DNA of 64,000 nt from Tubulanus polymorphus (lineage: Eukaryota > Animalia > Nemertea). Positions 46,404-59,800 of the stretch are shown one piece after another (the first letter of the stretch is position 1; each line of letters starts with the position of its first letter). The stretch is taken from the NCBI RefSeq assembly GCF_964204645.1, contig NC_134028.1, positions 25,664,345 to 25,728,344 of the forward strand, given 5' to 3'. The notes under the pieces were generated by a model. It saw only the letters and a program-made list of their open reading frames with translations. It made no database searches and was not told the origin of the DNA. The translations under genes and the position numbers were made by a program.

Positions 46404-47239
46404 GAGTTCGGCGAGGTTTACTGAATTTTCTACGTTTTTCGATATTCAATTACCACGGTAACCGTGTTGTCAGATGACACGCGATTAGTTCTCGAAACAA
46501 TTCACTAATCTCTAGAATGTCGATTCGCTCGGTTTTATCGTCTTACGGACACAAACAGACACAAACAGACGCAAACGATTGTTGATTTCATTATATACTT
46601 CACTCAAAAAGTCACCCGCCAAACGTCGAACGCAAATACACACGCACGTTTCCTAGCAACAGTATACACGGCAACGATGCAATAAGTCTTCCCGAGCCCG
46701 ACGACGACGACGACGTAAACAATTCCTCGGTAGAAGAAACACTCGCGACGCAAGTAAAAAACGTCAACTAGGAAATAAGCGCGTCATTCGTTCGGCGAAA
46801 AAAAATCGCGTAGGATTCGCGTAAAGAATGAAGAGTCCGTAACCGTTATTTAATTCACAAGAAAAAATCAGCAGGATTATAAATAATCGAAATGTCAACG
46901 AAAGAAGCTTTGCGCAGAAGAAACTATGTACATATTTTTTCACCATTCAGACTGTGTCGTCTCTACTCGCGCTACTTCAATCCTTCCTAAACATACCACG
47001 ACAAATATCGAGATAAATGTCATTTTTATGTCGCAAATTCTAGAGTTGGTTTCCATGAATGCCTGCGATGGCTGGAAGTAAACCGCGGGTAAATTAGCAG
47101 CACGGAACTTGCGCGTTAATAACCGGCTTTAAATCGTGAAATTTTTCCCGGTTCCCACAGTTTTCAACAGGTCCTTAATTTCTCACTGAGTTGAACCCAT
47201 GACCTGACTTGCTAAGTACACAGCGAGCTCACGATTAGC

Positions 47240-47637
47240 TCAGCCTCCTGGTACTGACCTCTCAGCCTCCTGGTACTGACCTCTCAGCCTCCTGGTACTG
47301 ACCTCTCAGCTTCCTGGTACTGACCTCTCAGCTTCCTGGTACTGACCTCTCAGCCTCCTGGAACTGACCATTCAGCTTCCTGGTACTGACCATTCAGCTT
47401 CCTGGTACTGACCATTCAGCTTCCTGGTACTGACCATTCAGCTTCCTGGTACTGACCATTCAGCTTCCTGGTACTGACCATTCAGCTTCCTGGTACTGAC
47501 CATTCAGCTTCCTGGTACTGACCATTCAGCTTCCTGGTACTGACCATTCAGCTTCCTGGTACTGACCATTCAGCTTCCTGGTACTGACCATTCAGCTTCC
47601 TGGTACTGACCATTCAGCTTCCTGGTACTGACTGCTC
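47240..47637 (+). repeat. 22-bp minisatellite, about 18 units, in the docking-gene 3' UTR
   Basis: tcagcttcctggtactgaccat repeated, with the variant tcagcctcctggtactgacctc at the left end. Confidence 0.95.
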
Positions 47638-47857
47638 AGTTTTGTGGCATTGACCACTCAACCTCCTGACAATGACCAGTCACTGAGTCGCTGTTTCCCG
47701 GCACTGATGTGCTCAATGCTCAGCCTCCCGGCTTCACTCGAGCTCACTATTCAAACAGCTGCAATCAATCGGTTACGAAACGACCGTCGAATTATAACGC
47801 TGCCTTCGAGTGTACATAATATTATATGAAAACACCGGACGCCGCGTATAAAACATG

Positions 47858-50800
47858 TCATTGCGAACCGGACGACATACTACCAGCGCGACTACGTATC
47901 ATACTAACCGGCGTGATACTCTTACGCTCTTTCGAGCCGACCATCGGCGACGACGTCTTGCGTTCTTTCTTACGCGAGTTATCCTCGCGGAACTGCGCGT
48001 GTTCCTTGTTCGCTTTTTGCGCCGCTTTCGTCGCCGAATGATCGATCTGCGCGTACGACGTCAGTCCGTCTCGCGGAACTGTTCGTTTCACTTTACTACT
48101 ACGCTTGCTCTCTTTCGACGACGACTGACCGCTGAGGTCGATATCCGCGTAGTTCAGTTGAGGTGAACTAGATAATAATTGTTTACCGTTCGTCGTCTGC
48201 TGTTGTTGCTGCTGCTGCTCCTTCGAGCGTCCCGGAGACAAATCCAATTCTGCATAGTTTAAAAGCGGATTAATCTGTTCTAAAGCTTGCGGACTGACGC
48301 CGAACTGAGGCGGCGTACCGGGCGGCGTATCCATCGTATTCATGTACATCATTTTCGGCGATTCGCGCACGTTCATGTAAATACGCTGATCGCCACCGGT
48401 GGCACCACTGATACCGCCGCCGCGCTGTTGTTTATGGCCGCGCAACGCAGCCGCGACTTCGTGCGGAGATTTCGGCGAGTCGTTACCGTGACTACTGAAG
48501 TAACTGTTACGCGTCGGCGAGCCGTTCATCTCCTGATCGAACGTGAAAACCGACGTCGAAGAAGTTGGCGAAATCGGAGTCGTCTGCGTGGAGTCCGCAG
48601 CTCCGGCGCCGCTGCCGCCGTTACAGTTCAAATCTTCGGCGAGTTTTTTGCGATCGAGTTTCTGGTATTGTTTACCGGACCGCGGTCGTAGAACAGTCGC
48701 CGCCGGACTAGTCTTTAAGATGTCGTCTTGGCGACCACCGGCGTGCGCGTCGCTGCTACCGTGCGACGACAATGACAACGAGTCCATGTAATCACCGACG
48801 ACCTCCGACGACGACAACGCTCCTCGCGACTCGGCACCTCGACTCGTCGTATCGAATCCCGCGTGTCCGAATTTAGCCGCATCTGAAAATAGACGAGAGA
48901 AATCGATTATATACGGACGCGATTAGACCCGCATGACGCGTAGTTAACACGAGCACGCATCAATTACAATTTGAAACCGTCGTGACAACCGATTACAACA
49001 ATGATGTTCGATTCACATTTCATAATTCCTGGATGTAAAAATAGCACGAACAGGAAGCGGCGAAGGCGTTCAATGATAATCATTGGCCGTTCTATTTACA
49101 GTCGTGTTTATGTGGCCACTTCTATGTGATTTGCGTTATTCCAGGGTGTGGCAACTTTCCGCCTGTTTATAAATTCCCTGATTTTTCTTCTCATGTTATA
49201 ACCCCGAACTCCCTGAATAAATCCCGAAGAAATTCTTAAGTTTAAATGTTATAATTCATTCATATCAAGTACTGATAAAGAACACGTGGTCAAAAACAAA
49301 ACAAATTCCCTGATTTTTTCTAAATTTGCCTTAAGTTCCTGAGTTTCACAGGTTGCCTGACTATTGTACGAGTAAGAGTTTTCCCTCATTTGAACTGCTG
49401 AGAATTCCTTCATGTCAAAAACAGTCAAATACAAAACACGAACATAAGCTTTTGATAAAATATACTAGCGATTTCAACAAACATTCTTAAAAACGTCAAA
49501 AATGCTAATTTTTTCTTCATAATGTGGGATTTTACTTAAAACAGCCACATGCCCATGGAAACCGATCTATCAATCAATCCATTTATATCTCATAAATTAT
49601 CGAAATATTGCAGAAAAAAAGAAACAACGATGATTTTCATTTGAAAACCCACAACGCAAATAGACACGAAACAACCCTATAAATTTCATAACAGCCCAGA
49701 CAATGACAATATTTATACAATATGCAGGTGATCGAGATTAAATGTAGCTGGGTTTTTTTTCTTTCGTCAAAAAAATATTGTTTTCGCATGATAACAACTC
49801 GATGAAAATAATATTTATTGCCGATAGACGGCGATAAATATGCAAAATAATCGACTTATTATCATCTTTTTCGAAAAAACAATAATGATGTCTACAAAAT
49901 GTATATTTATTGGCTTTTTAGTTCTGTCGCGAGCATAATCACCGCATAAAACAGTCGATTATAGTTGTTTTTCGCGGCTGTCGTCGATGTCACGGTAGTA
50001 ACGATAATTTCAAAACGTGATTTCCGAGAACGACCAGATAAAAGCTGTCGCTAATTCGGTAAGAATGGGGAAGCTTAAAATTCGAGCTTATAGCGCCGAG
50101 TAACAAACAAAACGACGGTAATCTTTCTAATACGCGGTTTGACGTCAATTCATAGCAGTCAGGGCCGGAGACCGGCCGTTCCGAGAACCAGATACATCGA
50201 GATACCGATCGGCTGTTGACAATTTCCGCACTCGAAAACCCATATTTGATAAACATTATCAAAGCCGATGCTAATACGCAATCTCAAACCCCTCGAGAAT
50301 GACACCGGACCATGACGTCTCAAACCCCTCGAGAATGACACCGGACCACTACGTCGACCATGTCGTCTACGATACGACTGATATTTCCCGTCTAAATGCT
50401 ACTATGAAGAGGTTGTGCGGAGGTAAACGATCGCAGCAATACGTTCATCTCTCACGACTCCTCGACCGCCGATCATGATGGATAAGACACGTTTGATTAT
50501 ATACGTGTAAATCAGACGCCGCTGCTGCTGCTGCTGCTGCTGCTGCGAAATGACCGGTTTTACCACCACCACCGGCGAGCGACGACGACGAAAAAACCAT
50601 CAATTTTATTATACGTCGCGCAGCGGGAAGATCGTTTTCCAGGAAATACTGTCAAGACTAAGACGGATCGACAGCACGTATGATAGAGAGGACAATAGGT
50701 TATTTACAGGTTATCCTACATCTGTTCCACGCTGCACCTGCGGATTTAACTGATGCACGTAGCGGCGCCTTTATCATAAAAAACAACAACACATCCTTCC

Positions 50801-53800
50801 TAAACATTATCAAAATCAGGGGTGAATCCAAGGGGAGGGTGCAGGGGTGCACACACAACCCCCCCCCCCCGAATATCAAGTCGCCCGAAATTAAGTGGAA
50901 AATATGAACTACATAATATTATCTCATGCTTTAAGTCTAAATTTATGTTCTTCATACTTCTAAAAATGAGGTAAAGTTTTACGATGATCGGATGCAATTT
51001 CAATAATTATATGATATGCCCTATTTTGGGGTCGAACCCCTCCCTGAATCAAACCCTAGATCCGACCCTGAAAATTGAACCTACGAAGCAAATATGATTC
51101 AAAAATTCAGTCGAGTCTCGAGTGTCGTAATCTATTTACTCATACTCATAACGTTCCCAATTTTGCATAACCGATTTAATTTACTCAGTTGTCAGAAAAA
51201 TGATCATCGCACCTTGAAGCGAGTTCGACTGAAATAATCGATTTCAATATATAGATGTATCGTGAAATTCTAGTTTACGGTACACGCTGAAACTAAACAG
51301 CTGCGCAGAGAAATAATAATAACAGGCGCTTACTTCGTGCGGTAGCTGGTGTAAAAATGATGAATCCATAATAATGATCATCAATATTCACCGAACTGTC
51401 TCGTCCTTCGTGGACCATCGCGCCAAACATATCCAACATCAGATTACAGTTTTTCCGAATCCAACTGATTAAATTCTTCTCTTCGGCAAAATAGTCTAAT
51501 ATCCTCGCGTTGCGGCGTCGAGGTAGAGTATTACGTAGCAGCACTGACGACGACGAGGAGCTGGCAATCGCAAAAACTTGTTTATATAAACAAGTGCGTA
51601 AAATAGATATCCTGAACAAGTGATGGGTATAGAGAAAAAAAAACCCTGAATTGTTTGTTTCCGATTCGCTGAGTTTTCTTCGAAATCAATGAGGAGTATT
51701 TTTTCGCGTAATGCTTGATGGCATCGGCGTGGTGCACGCGCGCGTCAGCTCTACAGAAATATATCTAAGAAAATGTGTCCGGGTTTCGCGCATAACAACT
51801 GATAATGACTGTCGAAATCGACGTCATTGACACATGGTGCACCCGGGTGTACGCATATCACATACAAACAGTTCATAGATCACATTGAAATACGAACCCA
51901 ACCAATGACAATCATCTACGACCCTGGATTTTTAATAATTAGGTCGCCATCGCAGCTAGCCGCTGATTAGCGCTAACATCTAAGTGCCCATATTACTGAC
52001 CACTGTTATTCTATTACGCATTCTGACTAATCAGCGGTTTTAATATTCATCAGAATATGACCGCTGTAGGGATATGTGTATATATACATATATATATATT
52101 TATCGGTCTGTTCTGTTCACCCACCGGCTTAATGACAATAGACCGAATGAACTCCCAATTTTAATATTCAAACCACCTGTTTCACGCATTCACAAATGCT
52201 TTTTCACTGAATTCTATATACATGTAGTATTTTTCAACTTTCAACTCATGAAGTTCACTTCGCGGTTGTAAGTAAAGCTGGAACCTAGGAGCAGATCGAG
52301 GAATTTTGGAAGGCAGGGGCCCGGAAGATAACGGAAGGGCGTTTTTCAGATAAACCAGCCAGCCAGCGGGGTCCCTCCTTCGGTAATAGATATCTTTGAG
52401 GATACTTATGCGAGGATATTTGCAGGGTTAATGATCTTAGTCTTGATGAAAAAGGCAACCACAATGGACCCCTGAGACCAGCCGCTAAATCCACACCTGG
52501 GAACTTAGTATTCATTTGAGAGGGGATAGAGTAGAAACTCAATCAGGTGCCACGGATCCAGGCGTGTTCATGGTTCCATCGATGTGCATTCTTAACATTT
52601 TCCTGGTTGAAATTAGGAATAAAATATGTTCACAATGTCCCCATTTCTAAACTTAAGTCTTGGGGAGAAAATTCGAAGGTGACCCGGCTGAAAAAAGTGG
52701 CCGCCTGCGCCTCCTGCATCTCCTATGTCACAAGACCATCGAAAGTAGCCCTCGGATCCTGTCAAGAGTTTAAAATAAAGCAGACCTCAATTGCGTCTTA
52801 CTATTTATGCGAATATATGCAATTAGAACGACAATCAGCCGACAATCAGCCGGGTAGGTCCGGGTAGATCAGACCGCTGACCGCTGACGTGCTCTGTCCG
52901 TCTGGACGTCATGAAATGGTCAATTTCGTAGTAATCAGCGTCTTATATCTCAAGTGTTTACGACTTGGATACAAGCGCAAACTAAATAGAACAGAAGTTC
53001 AAAACCCGTATTAGAATATTATCGCCCTCCCTCCGAGGGGAATATGTGTAGAACTCAAAACAGTGTAATCACACCGCCGTACCCTGGATATACAAACCCC
53101 TTCTAACTACTAGTACATATATTTATTTTCTGTTTTGTAATGAATCTATAGTATACTAGTACCAACACTCCGGCGCAACCCGAGCTCCATTTGTAAATAT
53201 ATCATTACACAGTATGCATATAGACATCGAACCAAATGGCAATGAACAAAAATAAAAAATACTGGAAGGCTGACAATTTTATACTCATCAATCAAAGTTC
53301 CCGAGGTTGCCATTGCTTGACTTCATTCCGTTTTCGTGGAAATAATGTGGCGATTAGGGCAGAAAAAAGTCAGCACGCAAGGTGAGAAATATCTTTGAAA
53401 ACATCGGAACGCAGTTGAGTACACGCAGTTGAGTACACGCAGTTGAGTACACAGTACGACCTGCCAAACAGTCAATCACCATATCAGGGACAAAAAAGCA
53501 AATTTTCAGGGTCACAACAAGGAAGAATGAAGAATCAAAAATAATTTTTAGAGAGACTGTAGAAATTGTTTCAAGGACAGCTATAGGTTTTCAATACAGC
53601 ATAAAACAAACACCAGTTGGGACAGAGAGGTATTTTCAGGGACAGCTCTGTAGTATATTATATACTCTCTGACATCAATTACAAGTTCTAGTACGAACTA
53701 AATGAATCTAGGCTAAAAAACAGATATATCGACCTCCGATACGAAACAGTTTTCCAGAATTAATACGAGGGAAAGAACTCGCTCACAGTCGTCAGTTCCC

Positions 53801-56800
53801 GAGAATTGCACCTAATACTGCGTATATGGTGAAAGTCCTGTAGGCCAAATATGGAAAATTCATAAGATAAAACCCAAAGTCCGTATATGCATTTAAATAC
53901 CGCACCAAGAGGGTTTAGTGATAATAAACTAACAACAACCGCCCCCACTGGTGCTATATCGGATACAACATCTGTCGTTATACTCACCAGTACGGTGGCT
54001 CCGAATGACATCCAACGTGTTCGGCCGACGTTTAGGCCTCGTAGTGAACAATGTTCCCGAAGAACAGCCTAAAAACATCGTCAGGTGGAGCAGGCCCGGT
54101 TTACACTGACTTTATAGATAGATCGTCACCACGGGTTTCAACCACGTTCATCTGAGAGATCGCGAACTCAGCCACACAGCTGTTACAATAACCACTATGT
54201 AAACAACAGCAATCCAGCCAATCAGCTCGCTTATTGTAGTGACAGATTGTCTGATGGCTAGTTCGACTTCACGCACACTTGTTTTGATATAAAAATGTAG
54301 GCCTTGTATTCTGTGCACAGGACTGCTCTGCATCAATGACCTCGTTTAGTGAACCTCATTACGTGGACCTCACAGCGTGATCTTTGCAAAATGAACCTCG
54401 TAGTAAGAACCTCATAGAATGAACCTCACAAAAGTGAACCTCACATAAGTGAACCTCACAAAAGTGAACCTCACAAGAGTGAACCTCACAAAAGTGGACC
54501 TCACAAGAGTGAACCGCACAGAGTGAAACTCACGGTGTAGGTCCATTTTGCTGTCCAGCCACAATCAGAGGCTGACTGCGCATAATCATAACTACAAACA
54601 AAATATCTATTTCCGCTGAATAAACTTTACAGCCTAAATCTACGAGAAAAATCCTCCATATTTAATGACACTCGTTTAAAAATGATCTGTTTCAAACGGA
54701 CACACAGCGAGTATGACGTAAAACAGCTTTCAGACGAATATCGCGCGCGGCAGCTGTAATATTCACTTCAAGGAGAAACTACGTCATCTACGACACAAAA
54801 AACAATAATATCACACACGACACACGACACACGACACATGTGCGTGCACTATCAACAACCAAAACAATCTTCACATCAACAACAACATTTTTTAGAGATT
54901 TTTGTGATGGTTGAAATCTGAATTTTGCTGGAGCGCAGAGTATGATTGAGTTCAACGACAGGGTTCAACGTATCAAGTTTTCAAATTCCTTTTTCACGAC
55001 GGGAATTTCAAGACTTTTTCCTGATTCTTTTGAAAATTGACAAGATCCCCTGACTATTCCCACCAACCTTTTTGAAGAAATGAAAATTTCCTGACTTTCC
55101 CCCGATTTCCAGGCAAGTGGCGCCACCCTGACATAACGAGATCTTCATTGAGATAAATCTAGAATCTAAAAAGTTTGTGAGAATTACATGAACTGAATAT
55201 CAACCACCTTAATTGATGAAAAAATTAATTTACCTTAAATAATGAGACCAGAACTGTTTTATTATCACCAGACAGAGTACCAGTTACCAGACTGGACAGA
55301 GTAAAGCTCAGATCCACAGAGCACCAGTTACCAGACTGGACAGAATAAAGCTCAGGTCCACAGAGCACCAGTTACCAGACAGAGTACCAGTTACCAGACT
55401 GGACAGAATAAAGCTCAGATCCACAGAGCACCAGTTACCAGACTGGACAGAATAAAGCTCAGATCCACAGAGCACCAGTTACCAGACTGGATAGAATAAA
55501 GCTCAGATCTACAGAGCACCAGTTACCAGACTGGATAGAATAAAGCTCAGATCTACAGCGCACCAGTTACCAGACTGGACAGAATAAAGCTCAGGTCCAC
55601 AGAGTACCAGTTACCAGACTGGACAGAATAAAGCTCAGATCCACAGCGCACCAGTTACCAGACAGGATAGAATAAATTTCAGATCCACAGAGCACCAGTT
55701 ACCAGACTGCGTATAAGTTGAACTGACACTGAATGAGAGTTGAGGTGATGTATCTAACGGCTTATCATTCATTTAGACGACTGACATCAACCTTGACTTC
55801 AGAAACAGAGTATATCTGGCGGCATGAGGAGGGCAAAATCAGGGCATCGTTGATTGGGCTGAATTATTCCACAAGGACCAGGCGAAGGTGGATTTAGGGA
55901 TGGACTGGATGGACTAGCCCACCCCTTTCAGTATTCGCATGTGCTTTCCAAAAAGTTCGGATGCAAAGAAAATTTTCAAAACACTTCATATAAATCCAAA
56001 TGGCTTGTGATAGATGCAAGAAAAGCCCCTTCTTTCATGTGCAAAATCTTCAAAATCTTCTGGTCGGAAACAGAAACCCCGCAATTATGTTCTTGCAGTG
56101 CTCGCATCACCAAATCTGCCCTTTTCAAATTAAGCACCCATATAAATTTTCAGGTCGACCCCCTTCAAAGAATCCTAGATTTGCTCATACCAGTCTAGTC
56201 AGAAGTAGTACGTAAATAAACTCCGCTGAAATTTTGCCCGACATTTTAAAACGAGAAACCAATAAAACTAATGTGGAGTGATTAGCGATTGAGAGTGCGC
56301 CGGGTTTTACTTCGTTATCTGTAACGAGCCGTTTGTAGCTGAAGCTCACGTGTTAATTCAGCGTGTCGTCACATCTAGACACCGGGCCGACCGAGCTGCC
56401 AGTCTCTCATTACAACAATTACAACCATCTTATGATCGAATCCGGTAAACCTTCCCCTCGTCGAATCCGGTAAACCTTCCCCTCGTCGAATCCGGTAAAC
56501 CTTCCCCTCGTCGAATCTGGTAAACCTTCCCCTCGTTGAATCTGGTAAATCTTCCCCTCGTCGAATCCGGTAAACCTTCCCCTCGTCGAATCCGGTAAAC
56601 CTTCCCCTCGTCGAATCCGGTAAACCTTCCCCTCGTCGAATCAGTAAACTATCGGTAATTGATATCTCGTGATGTACCGTGTAAGGGTGGATTCCACGAT
56701 AGTAGCCATCTTTTCAGTAAAGATGCACAGTTGATAGCGCGCTGTGATTTGAGAAACCTAGTCGGTGTTCCATATCTTATACTCTAATATTAAAGATTTT

Positions 56801-59800
56801 GACGACTCATCTGCACCAGCGGGGATCATTTTCAGAACAGCCACACCCAGAACTAATGAATGATGGCTCAGTTTCAGCTACAGACTTCATATTCACTTTA
56901 TGGATATCACTACCAGCGTTAATAGATTTAAGAGTAACCAATACTATAGCCGCGATCTCACGGAGATGATCAGGCACGGGTCACATTAGGGCACATTTTA
57001 TGCGGAATTATGACAATGAAGTATAAGACGACGAGGCAAACTTTGCCATTAATTCCGGCTACCGGAGTCAGCAGTGAAGATCAAACAAGCTCTAAAAACT
57101 GAAGCCATACAAAATAGAATCACAGAGAATGTATCATCAGCTAAAAACATGTCCGCCCACTCAATCCGCTCACTCAATCCGCTCACTCAATCCGCTCGGC
57201 TCGCTGCGCCGGTGCAGTTAGCTAAACACAATGTCAAGGTTTACGACAAATACATAAGAAACCGTCGTGCAGGATGTTTTTACAAGCAAGCATCTTGTTT
57301 GTCATTAAATAAAAGCCTGATGGAAAACCGATGTAGTCTCGCGTTTAGTCGCGGATTATCGCATTCGATGAGGTGATTTGTATTCACCGTATAATAGTAG
57401 CCCCTGAACGCCTGCCGGCGCGCGCCAAGAATCGACACCGAATCAGAAATGAATCAAGAGTTACCGCGCTGTAAACAACATAACAACATTACCGATTCTC
57501 AAAACACAAGACATCCACGCGAAAACACTTCGATCTTTACCGGGAAGACCGGCCATAACCTTGAACCCTGATACTCGTTGAGCTAGTAAATGATTTATAG
57601 AAATCACGAAACTGTCGTTGCGCAATATTTCTCAATCTAATTCGGAGGCTGGTTCGTCTAATGACGGACTGCGTTAACCCTGAAGATGTGTCATTAAGTA
57701 TTGTTAATACGACCGCACCGCGATTGATTGAAATATTCACCGATCGCTCGACGGGAAATGAAACGTCGAAAGTTCACGTTTCCGCGCTCGGCTCAGACGG
57801 ATGTTTGTTACATTGAACGACATCAACTCATATCCTAACAAGATTACCATAACTAACTGACCGAACTAACCAGGAAATATCTCTAACTGCGAGAAAATAT
57901 CGGAAACCTTAAAGAAATATTTCAAATCTAGAAGAAATAGGTAAAATCCAGAGGAAATAATCTTAAACCTCGAGAAAATGACTCAAACCTCGTGAAAATA
58001 TCTCAAATCTCGTGAAAATATCTCAAACCTCGTATAAAATCTCGAACTATGAGCAAATATCACAACTTTGCGATGAGATTGAACCTGATCAAACCTGATT
58101 GAGAAAATCTCTCGAGGACAATCTATACCTTTTTTTTTCAAATAATGATCTATAGGATAAAAGAGTAAGACTGTGTACGACGCAGGGTCAAACAGTAGGA
58201 ATATCGAAACTAACACATCTACTTATTTTACTTACTCTCTAAAGACTAAAACAGATTCAAACGCTTGCTCTCAACAGGAATGATAGTTTTATAAGGTTCC
58301 AACTGTCAGTTTTCTACCCGTGGCGTGGCTAATACCGCAATGGATTAATCCACCTCTCCGCGCAAAGCCGTGGTCTCTTGATTATAAATCAGGTAGCCGG
58401 TTACAGTAAGCTGCTCATTTCTACAATAGCTGTAGATCACTTAATGAAGTTCGCTACTCACCAGGAATGTAGTGATAAGTGCGTAAAGGCTCGTGTATTC
58501 GCCGCACTAAGCACCGGTAGGTGAAATACAGGTGGATGTCTGATGATACTGCATTCCGATCAGAAAACCCTGCTACTGCTACTGAGGCCAGTGTTTACAA
58601 TTTATATCATCAAATAACTTTAACTCACTTGCCTTAGATATTTTTTGTTTTCAAATGAAAATAAACGTTTCAATGCCCGGGAGGGGGTCAGTTTCATAAG
58701 AAACGTGAAGAAAAATAACTGCTCTAGGATTTGTTAGTTATAACGTGTTTTCAAATTCCATAGTTGTGAGTTTAAAGTATAAATTACCGTTAGTGTATTT
58801 TCAATGAGTCAACTCAAAACTCAGAACTGCGTCAATGACACCCAAATTTACACTCTGTAAATTGAATTGCGAAAACGGATTTGTACCCAAAACTAAAGAC
58901 CAATTCAATAATCTGCTGACTTAACCGATGATGACTTCGACGCTTTCATGTAGCCTCTCATAATGCGGTGTATGATCCAGCCAAACAACATACCATCTAT
59001 CCCTCAGTGCGATGTATCCATGTAATCACTTATTAGTTAAAATTAGTTAAAATAGTAATCAGTTAAAACTAATTAGTTAAAATCTTTTGTAAGATGGCAG
59101 CACCTGTCAAACTTCGCAAATATTAGTAAGTAATGATGATACAGCTCATCGGCGAAGGCAATGTAGCAGTGTTTGTCAGTTATAAAACAGACCGCGGTGA
59201 ACTTATCAAATCTTCTCCAGCATTTCAGGGTATGAAACAGTGGCACCTGAAGGGTAAACCGCATTTAACCGCACTTAGAAGCAACAATTAATATCAAATC
59301 ATTAAGACTCGCATTTATGAATTTTTTCTAAAAAGAACGACGACCCACCTTTAGCTTTAATCTTTGTCGGCATCCAAACGGGTTCGTTATCTTCGGGAAT
59401 AGTGACGGTCGTGCCGTGCGAACGACTCAATCTGAACGACGATCCTCCTGGACTACTGATCGGTATCGGATTCGATACGCTGTGCGATCTGCCGTCGGAA
59501 ACATCCACAAAATCGATTATCGCCGACGACGACGACGACGTACCCGGACAATGATAGCTCATCGAACGTTTTACGCGAGACGGTTTTTTCTTACTCGACT
59601 GATATGACTTAGAACTTTGAATACTTTCGTTCGAAATAACGAGCGTCTCGTCGTCGTCATCGACGCCGCCGCTGCCGCTAGGGGGCGGTGTATTCGTTAT
59701 TTCGCTGTCCGTGCTCTCCGATCGCGTTTTACGCGAGAACACATTTCGGGGAAGACTCTCCGAACGTTTATGCGTCGTTTTCGAGTTTTCGTCGGTCGTT

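Noticed and set aside
52285-52867. More GC-rich stretch with ORFs, possibly a retroelement remnant
   Set aside because: No RT, integrase or recombinase motif could be identified by eye; needs a repeat-protein search.
56437-56641. 25-bp, 44-bp and 22-bp arrays as possible CRISPR arrays
   Set aside because: Units are head-to-tail with no unique spacers, there are no cas genes, and the context is eukaryotic.
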